Below are positions 27,901-36,646 of a stretch of DNA of 64,000 nt, in pieces (the stretch's first letter is position 1; every line of letters starts with the position of its first letter). The notes under the pieces were generated by a model. The model searched no databases, was not told the DNA's origin, and was given only the letters and a program-made list of their open reading frames with translations. The stretch is from NCBI GenBank assembly GCA_011321815.1, contig DROS01000023.1, positions 27,653 through 91,652 on the forward strand, written 5' to 3'. The position numbers and the translations under genes are program-made. The stretch is from Gammaproteobacteria bacterium (GTDB taxonomy: Bacteria > Pseudomonadota > Gammaproteobacteria > SZUA-152).

Positions 27901-30900
27901 GCATCCTTCAGGCGTTTGAGATAAACAGCCCCAACACCTTCTCCCGGAACATACCCATCTCCGCCACTGCCAAAACTTCGGCATTTTCCATCACTGGAGA
28001 GAAAATTATTATTACTTAGCCATAAATATTTACTCGACGAGAGTGATATGTTGACCCCCCCGACAATAGCACTGTGAGTTTCTTTCCTTTTTAAGCTTTC
28101 ACAAGCCAAATGAAGTGCTGTTAAAGAGGCAGAACAAGCCGTATCCACGGCCAAGCTTGGCCCACACCAGTCAAAGAAAAAAGATACTCTGTTTGCGATG
28201 CTATAAAGCAGCCCGTGTGGCCTTTGCAAATTACCTTTGAAGGTCTGTTCAACGCCCAATGAAATATAGGGTTGCCATAATGCGCCAACAAAAACGCCTA
28301 CAGACTTCCCTTGTAAATTCCTGTAGTTATATCCTGCATCTTCGATGCTCTCCCAGGCCACTTCAAGGAACATACGTTCCTGTGGATCAATTATTGATGC
28401 CTCTCTTGGTGAAATATTAAAAAACAGAGGATCAAATTTATCAATATCATCCAGAAATCCTCCCCACTCTTCAGGCAACAGATTTTTATCTGGAAACATC
28501 TTTTGTAATGCCTGGCGATCAAATCTTGATTCAGGTATTTTGCTGATACTGTCTCTGCCAGATTTTAAATTTTCCCAGAATTCCGCAAGATTTTTTGCCT
28601 CTGGGTATCTTCCGCTCATACCAACAATTGCAACCGGTTCCTTGTCCATAAAATCTTCCGGAACAGTCTCATCGTTGTCAGCGACATTCACAAAAATGTC
28701 ATTACCCGCGGGCGCGTCTTCATCATCTTGATGATATTCCCCCACACCATCAGTTACCGTTGTTTTTTCATCTGGAGAACCTGTACCAGAATTCTCCGCT
28801 CCTATTATTCTTTTCAGGGTATTCTGGTGATTCGCCAAAAAATATTCTGCCAACTCTTGAATACTCTTATACTCAAAAAATAATGTTTTTGACAAATTTC
28901 CAAACATTTGATCAAGACGCCGATTAAGATCAACGATCATTACAGAATTTATGCCATATGTTTCCAGTTGAACATCGGCTTCAATATCACAAGGCGGCAT
29001 TCCAATGGCCTCGGATAAAGTCTCTTTTAATATCTCACTTACCTGTTCAACGGTTATATCTGAAGGCTTAGCATCAGAATTATACTTGCCTGTTGGCTTT
29101 GCTTTTTGTGCTTCGGAATATTCATTTGTATGTGTCAGATTGCGCAATGACAATCCCTTGACTTCAACAACAATATTCCCATCTGTCGTAATAATACTTG
29201 CATTATATTTTTTGATTTCATTATTTTCTTTATTTAAGGACATTGTTTCTGTATGCACATAACATTCTTTTGGTATTTTCTTATGTACAATAATTTCATC
29301 AATTGCTATGGGTATAAACTTGCTGCTATTTATCCCGTCTGGCTTGTTGTTAAGCAATGCCGTTTGCAAAACGCCAGTAAGCATACTGGGATGGAGAACA
29401 TAATCCTCATAGGTATCTGCTATAAACTCGGGCAATTTCAAGTGCGATAGCGCCTCTCTTTCGCTCAAATTTACCTGAATCATCGGCTGAAAACTCGGGC
29501 CCACATGCAATCCTTCAGAGTGTATAAATTGATAAATTTCCTCTGTTTTCCGGATTACAGAACAACGGCTTTTAATTTCATCAAAATCAATTGTTCCCAA
29601 TGGGCTTTCATCAATATTTGAAATCAATTTTGTATGCACTTGACCAAGTGCATGAAGCACTCTTCCACTACCTTCTGCGTGGGTTATTTCATATTCATAG
29701 AAATCGTCTTTTTTCATCAGGCGTAAATCCGCCTGAATAGGATCGCCGGGTGTGGAAAGCTGTTTTGCCCAATAATTATTAGACAACTTTAATACATTCT
29801 TACCCTGTTCCAACAAATTTCCCGCCTGCAAAGCCATTTCTATATAGCAGGCTCCCGGAACGTTATACAGGCCTTCCACAACATGATCCTTCATAAAAAA
29901 CTCTTCATCAGATAATGTTTTTTGGAAAATCAATTTGGAACTGTCTGAAAAATCCACATCAATCAACGCCTGCCCTGGCGTGAACCATGATTCCTCTTGG
30001 CCCTCAGCAGTATTCCATATGGAATTATCAAGCAATCTTTCACTGTAATTATCCCAAAGATATCCCGATATTTTTGACACTGTATTAAGATCAAAAAATA
30101 AAGTTGGGTCCACATCCAGAGAAAAAACCTTATTGATTGACGCTGTGATCTTTGAAATCCCGACGGAATCAATTCCATAATCTGTCAGATTATCCGAATC
30201 ACCGATATCTTTTGAATCTTCACCTGAATTTGAAATTATTTCTCGTATTTTTTCTTTCAAGGATGCTTCATTCGTTAAATTGTCTTTATAAAAAGAATAA
30301 TCACGTGATAATACACTCAGGTGTTTTTCGATCTTATATTGATCCCCTTCAATCACAATTAACTGATCAGGAAGAGATGTCATTCCCTGGCGCAAAATAT
30401 TGTCAAAAATGAATAAACCCCTATCATTCTCCAACGCTTTCATTCCAAAAACGTCCCACAGGTGATCCTCTTCTTCCTTTATCACCCCAATTCCGCCGTT
30501 TTTCCATAATGGCCAATTAATCGCAATCGCTCTGCCAGATCTTTTTCCCTGTTCCGTCAATTGATTCCTGTATGACGAAAATTCATCTAAAAAACTATTT
30601 GCTGCCGCGTAATCACATTGCCCTTGATTGGGCATAATAGAGGCAATTGATGAAAATAAAATGAAAAAATCCAGTTGATCCTGTTTGGTTGCCTTATCCA
30701 AATTCACTGTTCCCATTATTTTAGGCGCAATGACATTGTCAAATGATTCCCTGGTTTTATTTATTATGTAAGCGTCTTCAATCAGGCCCGCACAATTAAG
30801 CACACCATTTAGGTGAATACCTTTCTCCCGAAATTCTTGACAGGCATTTATTAAAGAGGTGTTATTGTTTATATCCGCAGCGTAATACTGTCCATCTCCA

Positions 30901-33900
30901 CCCAATTTGCATAACTGCGCAAGCTTTCTTTCAATTTTTTTATTTTTCTTTGAGCGTCCAATCAGGATCAATTTTGCGCTATAGTTTTCGGCAAGGTATT
31001 GCGCAAACAGATAACCCAACCCTCCCGCACCACCGGCTATCAGATAAGTTCCATTCTGTTTGATTATGGATTCATTCGATGATGTTGAGAAATTTTTATG
31101 CGCCACAATCATGCGGACTTTTCTTTGCCCATTCGCATATTGAACTTCATTGAGGGGTGCATTCCGGTAAAAACCCAATTCCTGCATGACTGCATTGGCG
31201 ATTTTTTCTGGGTTATATTCACCTAACCCAACAGAAGTAATATTGATGTGGGGATTCTCAAATTTCAAGGTTCTTGAGAACCCTCCCACTGATGCATGCA
31301 GGCATGATGCCACAGTCTCACGCATGGAATATAAATATAAAATACGAACCCGCTTTGATAGTTTAGACAGTATCAGGGACTGTGTTATCGACAGTAATGA
31401 CTTTATTCCAAAATCAATATTATGTGATACCGATGGGTTATTTTTATAATTCCATTTGTATATTACTGATTCCGGTTCTACATCTTGGCTTTTAATATCA
31501 TCCCACAATAAACCAAGTGAATCTCTGTTTTCCCGATTAACTGTATAAGAGTTTTCGCCTGTCTTTTTAAATTTATCCCCCATTTTTACTAAAATAACCG
31601 TCTGATATTTTCCTGCCTTACGCAAAAAATTTGTCAGCGATGGATTAGTATCAAAAACAATTACAGTGGAAAGTCTTTCACAATGCATTCCTGATTTTCG
31701 TGGAATCCATTGTGGAACATAATGCAATATATTGTTTTCCATATTACCTTTCTCATCATTTACAGGAATATTGTTCTGGGAAGTATTATTTGATGATATT
31801 GATGGCCTATATATACGCTTAACAAAGTCAGAAAATTCAATAATAATATTTCCTTTCCGATCACATAAATACATATTAAAAACAGTCTGACCGTCTTTTG
31901 ATGACTTGGCATTTATGGTTGAATACACGTAACAGGAATCAGGAATTTTTCCGTGCAATGTAATACTCTTTAAATAAAAAGGGACCTTCTGCTTCTGCTT
32001 TTCTTCTGCGTTTAATACCTGTAATGCAACCACAGATTGAAAAACCCCATCCATCATGGATGGTTCAAGAGCATTGCCCGTGGTGTTAAGGGTAAAAATA
32101 TTGATGTCAGAAGACTGTTTTAACTCACACAATATTTCCGTTTTGTTATAGTTGCAGGATTTTATTGTCTGAAAACTCTCACCATAAAGTAACCCGTTAT
32201 TTTTAAATTGATGGTACAACTCCCTGGGAGCCTGGGTTGATTGACATCGATTTTTTATTTTTTCAATATCAAGTCTACGCAATGGCTTTTCCTGACAACC
32301 ACCAATAACAGTCCCCGTACAATATATTTTTCCGTCACTTTCCAATGACAGGTTGTAGCTATTATCCGAATCATTTTTGCTATATTTCACATTGACACGA
32401 ACGTCCTGCTCTACTTTAATCGCTTGCGCCCAATAAACGTCCCTTAATGACTGGACAGGTTCCTGACTTATTTTTTCGCCAATTTCCTGAAAAATATCCA
32501 GACATTTTACCCCCGGAACAATATTTACGCCTTTGACAATGTGATCACGTATAAAATAATCCGACTTTTGGAAAATTTTATATGCAGAGATTCCCTCTTT
32601 TGTTTTAGTTGACTTTTCATTCGTTTCTTCATCCGGTGGCGTTTTATTTTCATCTGGACGAGGAAACCAGCAATGCTTTTTCTGGAATGGGTATGCCGGC
32701 AATTGAATTCTGTTTCCTGACTGATATTGACTTAACCCTTTCCAGTCAACATCACTACCTTTTACCCAGCATTTGGCGAATTCATCAATATTGTCAGATT
32801 GCGGAACAAATTCAGCTATTTTATTACGTGTATCACCAGAAAAAATCCGGTCGCTATGCTTGTTTTCGGTGAATGCTTTCAAAAGCCCCAACAGCTGCCG
32901 ATAATCGTCGGCTAAAAATATAACTCGTTTTTCCAACGCTTCACGCCCACTTTGCAACGTAAAACATACATCTGAAAGAGAACAGTATTCCTCTCTTCCA
33001 TTCAGGTAGTTATAAACCGATGCAACGTATTCATGTAATTGCTCATGTGTTTTGGCCGAAAGTGGAACTACATATTTTTTATCTGTTAATAATGGATTAT
33101 CAGTTGATTTTTCTCTATCAACAAAAGGCGGTTCTTCCACTATTATGTGCGCATTAACCCCCCCCATTCCAAAAGAACTGATTCCCGCCCGCAGTGGATG
33201 TTCAACGCCATCCATAGTGACGTTATTCCATTGCTGATTTTTATCCACAATATAAAAAGGACTGTCATCCAATTTAATATATGGGTTCAATTTCTCAAAA
33301 TGCAGCAATGATGGTATTCGTTTATATTTAATGCTGAGCAAGACCTTGATAAGCCCTGCAACGCCCGCAGCACTTTCAAGATGGCCGACATTTGTTTTGG
33401 TTGAGGTCAAACCACAAAAAGGGGATTCATCTCCACTTAAATAAGGCTTGTATGCCTGCTTAAGCGCATTGATCTCAATGGGATCTCCAAGAGGTGTCCC
33501 TGTACCATGTGTTTCAATATACCCGATGGTTTTTGGATCGACATTTGCGGCGGAAATTGCAGCGCTGATGGTGGCGGCCTGTGCCGAAACTTTGGGGGCA
33601 GTTAAAAAATTTGACCGTCCTCCGTGCTTTACTGCTGAACCTTTGATTACCCCCAGAATATTGTCGTTATCTGACAATGCCTGATCCAAAGATTTGATAA
33701 AAACGACACCGACACCTTCGCCTCGGACATATCCATTAGCCTTGGCGTCAAATGATCTGCAATTACCGTCCTCTGACAGCATTCCGGATTTGCTGTGTGA
33801 GATATACATCGTTGGACTGAGGATAGCATTTACCCCGCCAACAACAGCGGCTTCACAAAATCCATTATTAATATCGTTAACGGCATTATCCAGCGCAACC

Positions 33901-34451
33901 AGAAAGCTGGAACATGCCGTATCAACAACTTCACTTTTACCTTGAAAATCAAATAAATATGATACGCGATTTGCAAGAATTGAATGTACTGTACCCGTTG
34001 ATAAAAAAGAGATAATCGGAATCTGATTTTCCCTCATCAGCTCCGCATAATCGTTTTTCGACACACCGGCATACACGCCAATATCTCTTCCTGACAGGCT
34101 TTTCGGGTTATATCCCGCATCCTCAATTGCATGCCATGCTGACTCCAGAAACAACCTGTGTTGCGGGTCCATATAGCTTGCTTCACGTGGTGATATATTA
34201 AAAAAAAGTGGGTCAAACATATCCACATTTTCAATAAACCCGCCATATTTTATGTTTGTTTTACTGTCTTCGCTGGTGGGGTCACCGTAATAGTCTTCCC
34301 AGTTCCACCGGTCCCCTGGTATTTCAGTCACACAATTTTTTCCGGCGATTAAATTATTCCAATATTCTTCATAATTCTTCGCACCGGGAAATCGGCAAGC
34401 CATCCCAATAATTGCAATATCACCAACTTCCCTGCTGTTTTTTGTTTTCAT
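24906..34451 (-). CDS. trans-AT PKS1: KS1-DH-KR-ACP-DH*-ACP-KS2-DH0-ACPbeta-ACPbeta
   Basis: KS1 and KS2 have intact C/H/H. DH HIVKGVNIVP...MDG. KR GGAGGLG / LIED / YAAAN. ACP GIDS. DH HVVEGLYNVP...LTG. ACP GINS. Two ACPs with GLDSIVGVEW (Trp flag of beta-branch acceptors). Confidence 0.94.
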   Translation of the reverse strand: MKTKNSREVGDIAIIGMACRFPGAKNYEEYWNNLIAGKNCVTEIPGDRWNWEDYYGDPTSEDSKTNIKYGGFIENVDMFDPLFFNISPREASYMDPQHRLFLESAWHAIEDAGYNPKSLSGRDIGVYAGVSKNDYAELMRENQIPIISFLSTGTVHSILANRVSYLFDFQGKSEVVDTACSSFLVALDNAVNDINNGFCEAAVVGGVNAILSPTMYISHSKSGMLSEDGNCRSFDAKANGYVRGEGVGVVFIKSLDQALSDNDNILGVIKGSAVKHGGRSNFLTAPKVSAQAATISAAISAANVDPKTIGYIETHGTGTPLGDPIEINALKQAYKPYLSGDESPFCGLTSTKTNVGHLESAAGVAGLIKVLLSIKYKRIPSLLHFEKLNPYIKLDDSPFYIVDKNQQWNNVTMDGVEHPLRAGISSFGMGGVNAHIIVEEPPFVDREKSTDNPLLTDKKYVVPLSAKTHEQLHEYVASVYNYLNGREEYCSLSDVCFTLQSGREALEKRVIFLADDYRQLLGLLKAFTENKHSDRIFSGDTRNKIAEFVPQSDNIDEFAKCWVKGSDVDWKGLSQYQSGNRIQLPAYPFQKKHCWFPRPDENKTPPDEETNEKSTKTKEGISAYKIFQKSDYFIRDHIVKGVNIVPGVKCLDIFQEIGEKISQEPVQSLRDVYWAQAIKVEQDVRVNVKYSKNDSDNSYNLSLESDGKIYCTGTVIGGCQEKPLRRLDIEKIKNRCQSTQAPRELYHQFKNNGLLYGESFQTIKSCNYNKTEILCELKQSSDINIFTLNTTGNALEPSMMDGVFQSVVALQVLNAEEKQKQKVPFYLKSITLHGKIPDSCYVYSTINAKSSKDGQTVFNMYLCDRKGNIIIEFSDFVKRIYRPSISSNNTSQNNIPVNDEKGNMENNILHYVPQWIPRKSGMHCERLSTVIVFDTNPSLTNFLRKAGKYQTVILVKMGDKFKKTGENSYTVNRENRDSLGLLWDDIKSQDVEPESVIYKWNYKNNPSVSHNIDFGIKSLLSITQSLILSKLSKRVRILYLYSMRETVASCLHASVGGFSRTLKFENPHINITSVGLGEYNPEKIANAVMQELGFYRNAPLNEVQYANGQRKVRMIVAHKNFSTSSNESIIKQNGTYLIAGGAGGLGYLFAQYLAENYSAKLILIGRSKKNKKIERKLAQLCKLGGDGQYYAADINNNTSLINACQEFREKGIHLNGVLNCAGLIEDAYIINKTRESFDNVIAPKIMGTVNLDKATKQDQLDFFILFSSIASIMPNQGQCDYAAANSFLDEFSSYRNQLTEQGKRSGRAIAINWPLWKNGGIGVIKEEEDHLWDVFGMKALENDRGLFIFDNILRQGMTSLPDQLIVIEGDQYKIEKHLSVLSRDYSFYKDNLTNEASLKEKIREIISNSGEDSKDIGDSDNLTDYGIDSVGISKITASINKVFSLDVDPTLFFDLNTVSKISGYLWDNYSERLLDNSIWNTAEGQEESWFTPGQALIDVDFSDSSKLIFQKTLSDEEFFMKDHVVEGLYNVPGACYIEMALQAGNLLEQGKNVLKLSNNYWAKQLSTPGDPIQADLRLMKKDDFYEYEITHAEGSGRVLHALGQVHTKLISNIDESPLGTIDFDEIKSRCSVIRKTEEIYQFIHSEGLHVGPSFQPMIQVNLSEREALSHLKLPEFIADTYEDYVLHPSMLTGVLQTALLNNKPDGINSSKFIPIAIDEIIVHKKIPKECYVHTETMSLNKENNEIKKYNASIITTDGNIVVEVKGLSLRNLTHTNEYSEAQKAKPTGKYNSDAKPSDITVEQVSEILKETLSEAIGMPPCDIEADVQLETYGINSVMIVDLNRRLDQMFGNLSKTLFFEYKSIQELAEYFLANHQNTLKRIIGAENSGTGSPDEKTTVTDGVGEYHQDDEDAPAGNDIFVNVADNDETVPEDFMDKEPVAIVGMSGRYPEAKNLAEFWENLKSGRDSISKIPESRFDRQALQKMFPDKNLLPEEWGGFLDDIDKFDPLFFNISPREASIIDPQERMFLEVAWESIEDAGYNYRNLQGKSVGVFVGALWQPYISLGVEQTFKGNLQRPHGLLYSIANRVSFFFDWCGPSLAVDTACSASLTALHLACESLKRKETHSAIVGGVNISLSSSKYLWLSNNNFLSSDGKCRSFGSGGDGYVPGEGVGAVYLKRLKDAIRDGDHIYGLIKGTSINHGGKTNGYTVPNPVKQTELILSTLDKSGISPEVISYVEAHGTGTSLGDPIEITGLQKAFSNYTDKKEFCAIGSVKSNIGHLEAAAGIAGLTKLLLQLKHKTLVPSINADELNPNIDFSSTPFIVQKELKSWGPFTDKDNNGQEKEMPLRAMLSSFGAGGSNAHAIIEEYRNVNSLATQNIGGNNKNQEIIVSRLSSGKEIIIPLSAKTVDRLKLHADNLLNYIEINETNILNAGDSYRGNAIQLEDIAFTLQTGREEMDERVVFLVKDVSDLKDKLRNYISIEGVASSKIISGNIGSGRKTFNVFSLDNELNNVFDNWIYSGDGLKIATLWINGIEVNWDQLYHTRKPEKVSLPTYPFRKDRYWIAETDSEFMRNTATLQQVTQIHPLLHENTSDLYAQRYSSTFTGKEAYFEKSRLNEEMVLSSMAYLEMVHAAISQASGIKEQQQKTVFLSDVEWLECFTVKDQRKLHITLTLDEDLNDNIENVKFEIYSAGEKQGENSVFHARGCVYVDDREKKEVLDITFLLKKMSRHLDPNACDEILGELEYIKNKGKIKDIYIGGSSALIKYESYNLAHNSNYTFTLNPDSLETVLTAAIVVSKKTDKSTTDNTLLSDLSSIQSFIPMMLGTMNIYQKCSGNMFAWIKNVRHSVLPVDGIDRNMVEMDVDFIDSKGYVCARAIGLGFESMDVSKRADVSRPINHFFESPTRIPEKPTAITLLNLQSVHQVKSQNFDLNVVDAQHEENYTISLMDSDTDEAVITDTVDTSASLERLISQKYNFVKVLSESLARALYMELNDVDIDRQFTEMGLDSIVGVEWINELNQKLSLDVNATIVYDYPTIRDFARYLENKMASQDVQPASDYNTPPKSRHRRNKRLSKKSPESDNVIIPKVDDLQKLLAISLAKALYMDESDINIELPFIDMGLDSIVGVEWIKVINDQFNTSILATAVYDHTNLREFSRYLEKVIKNKVSETSSGVEMVD
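25051..25427 (+). repeat. 32-nt identical core in the two tandem beta-branch ACPs
   Basis: tttatccattcaacaccgacaatagaatccag at 25051-25082 and 25396-25427. Confidence 0.9.
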
Positions 34452-34566
34452 AGTATTTTTTTCAATCTGTATTTATCATTTTCAAGTTGATTCAACGCAG
34501 CAAATGCTGAAACCGAATACCATTATTTTCTATCTGTTTTTTGATGATATTTTTTTGCAAATTCAT

Positions 34567-36000
34567 TTATCCGGAAATACTGACCGGCGACCGTGTTTCT
34601 TTCCTGTAGTCCGTTAGACTGCCGACAACATGAACTTCGCCTCCCTTTATAAAACCCAGGTCACCCGTTCGCAAATACGGTCCATCCTCAGAGCCCTCAG
34701 GATAAACGTTAAATATTCTTTCTGTTTCAGCTGGCTGGTTCCAATAACCCAGAGCATTACATTTACTACTGACCAGAATCTCTCCTAATTCGAGCTCACT
34801 ACACCTTGTCAAAGTCCCTGGAATAATAACCACTACCCGTGTATCGCTTACTGGCAGCCCACAACTTGTGATTTTGGCTTCTGCATGACTATCCTGGTTA
34901 TTCTCTGCCATTCCCCCGGATAAGCGCTGCATCGACTTGCGTGGAATAATTGTGGGATTTTTAGGATAATTGCTTTCTGATGCCACATAAGCTGATTCCG
35001 CCAACCCATAAAATGAAGTCAAGGCCATTTCCTTTAAACCACAATAACTGAATTTTTTAAAAAAACTGTCCATCGTTTCTTTATTCACAGATTCTCCACT
35101 GCTATATGCAGTTTTCCACCCGGACAGATTCAGGCTATTTTCTTTGGGGTCAGACACCTGGTCGACGCACATGCGGTATGCAAAATCAGGGGCGCCACTG
35201 AATGTAATTTCATATCTGGTTATTGCATTCAGCCAATTTCCAGGGTTTTTATAAAAATCAAACTGCGAACATATATATCCCCTGTACCCGCAATAAAGCG
35301 GCTGAAGAATACCTAGCGCCAAACCTAAATAATGATAATTTGGTAACCAGTGCACCGATCTGCTCGATGCAGTTAATTTATAGTCATTTTTGATGGATTC
35401 ATGTACGGAATTAATATTGTCATGACTTATCATGACAAATTTCGGGCTTCCTTCTCTGGCGCTGGCTGATGTTCGCTGCAAATAAGCGGTACTATTACTG
35501 TCGACTACCGGCATGCTCCAATGATTGATTAAATCATCATTTACGTCCTCGACCGCCAATAAAATTTTCTGGGATAATTTACTGGATTTGAAAAAACACT
35601 GTACCACCTCATTTAATATTGAGGTGCTTGTAAGCACAACATTGCTGCCGGTTTCTTCAATGATATTTTCAACGTGACATATCCGGGCATCATCATGTTG
35701 AGTGGCCCGCGGTGGAGCTGTTACCACCGGCACTGCGCCGCTATACATTACTCCCAGAAAAGCATAAATAAATTCCAGACCTTGAGGGAAAAGCAGTAGG
35801 ACTCTATCCGACGGGTCAATTATTTGTTGCAGCCTTCCCGCAACTGCTGTTGCCCGTGTATACAGCTGTTGATTGGATAATTGATTTACCACATCGCATT
35901 GATCATCCAGATAGGCAAAGGCAAGCTTGTCCGGCGCCTGTTTAACTCTTGCGGCCAATGCTTCCATTAAGTTAGCTGGTTGTTGCATTATGTCTCTCAC
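34567..36000 (-). CDS. Fatty acyl-AMP ligase (FAAL)-like protein, degenerate and C-terminally truncated
   Basis: FAAL-like N-terminus (DRVLLLFPQGLEFIYAFLG, YGLAE, YLRTGDLGF). P-loop altered to YLQRTSASAREGSPKF. Stops about 20 aa after the hinge (GSLTD), at 477 aa. Confidence 0.82.
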   Translation of the reverse strand: MRDIMQQPANLMEALAARVKQAPDKLAFAYLDDQCDVVNQLSNQQLYTRATAVAGRLQQIIDPSDRVLLLFPQGLEFIYAFLGVMYSGAVPVVTAPPRATQHDDARICHVENIIEETGSNVVLTSTSILNEVVQCFFKSSKLSQKILLAVEDVNDDLINHWSMPVVDSNSTAYLQRTSASAREGSPKFVMISHDNINSVHESIKNDYKLTASSRSVHWLPNYHYLGLALGILQPLYCGYRGYICSQFDFYKNPGNWLNAITRYEITFSGAPDFAYRMCVDQVSDPKENSLNLSGWKTAYSSGESVNKETMDSFFKKFSYCGLKEMALTSFYGLAESAYVASESNYPKNPTIIPRKSMQRLSGGMAENNQDSHAEAKITSCGLPVSDTRVVVIIPGTLTRCSELELGEILVSSKCNALGYWNQPAETERIFNVYPEGSEDGPYLRTGDLGFIKGGEVHVVGSLTDYRKETRSPVSISG

Positions 36001-36576
36001 TCAACTTCATCCTTTATGTTGATATTGAATAGAGTACGACAAAACCTGCATTTAAAACCGGATACCGTATCGATGCCGTTATTGATATCAATATAAAAAC
36101 AGGGCGCTTCTTTTAACAAAAATATAATGGAGTTAAAAATATATTCATGGCGAACATCATTGGGAAACACCGGTTCCCCAATGTTTTGCTCAAAATAAAG
36201 CCCTTCACACTAAAATTTATCATTAATAGCGTTTTTGAAAGTTACTCCAAAACTGATTCTTGAATAACTAAGGCAGTTACTGTGTTGTTAATCCTCTCTA
36301 ACAGTAAACTCTGTTTCATAAAATCAGTGTCTTAGTGGGATCAGTTACCGCAGTTCCCTTTATTTTTTGTGAGGAAAGTATTATCGCTGTTTCAGTACGT
36401 TTCCCTTATATTCAAAAGTATTGACCCCTTTCAATACGGCGCTACACACCATCACCTTGCCAGCGCATTATCGGATTTTCACCATGAAAGGCGAATTGGT
36501 TCTTGATTGGGCTGGCGGCGCGTATCTGTAACGACCCCTTAATTTTCCCTGTTCATTGCATGTTATCCATAATTCA

Positions 36577-36626
36577 AAAATACGCAATCCATGCTACTTG
36601 TCCATTCTTGCTCTTTTTCTTTAAAA
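36577..36626 (+). repeat. Right copy of the 50-bp direct repeat flanking the PKS cluster
   Basis: aaaatacgcaatccatgctacttgtccattcttgctctttttctttaaaa, one mismatch vs 4082-4131. Confidence 0.95.
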
Positions 36627-36646
36627 GATTACGCGCATAGAAACCG

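Larger units (their letters stand above)
4406..36000 (-). other. trans-AT PKS biosynthetic gene cluster with beta-branching cassette and sulfotransferase
   Basis: 13 co-oriented genes: AT-less PKS modules, free-standing AT and AH, ACP/KS/HCS/ECH/ECH cassette, terminal TE and ST. Confidence 0.95.

Noticed and set aside
34567-36000. Adenylation domain indicating an NRPS hybrid
   Set aside because: Motifs are FAAL-like, and there is no condensation domain or PCP anywhere in the cluster.
36001-36560. Recurrent (c)agttac words upstream of the BGC as operator sites; possible hidden ORF or transposase remnant
   Set aside because: The words are short and irregularly spaced in AT-rich DNA. No ORF of 60 aa or more is in the track, and I found no recognisable fragment.
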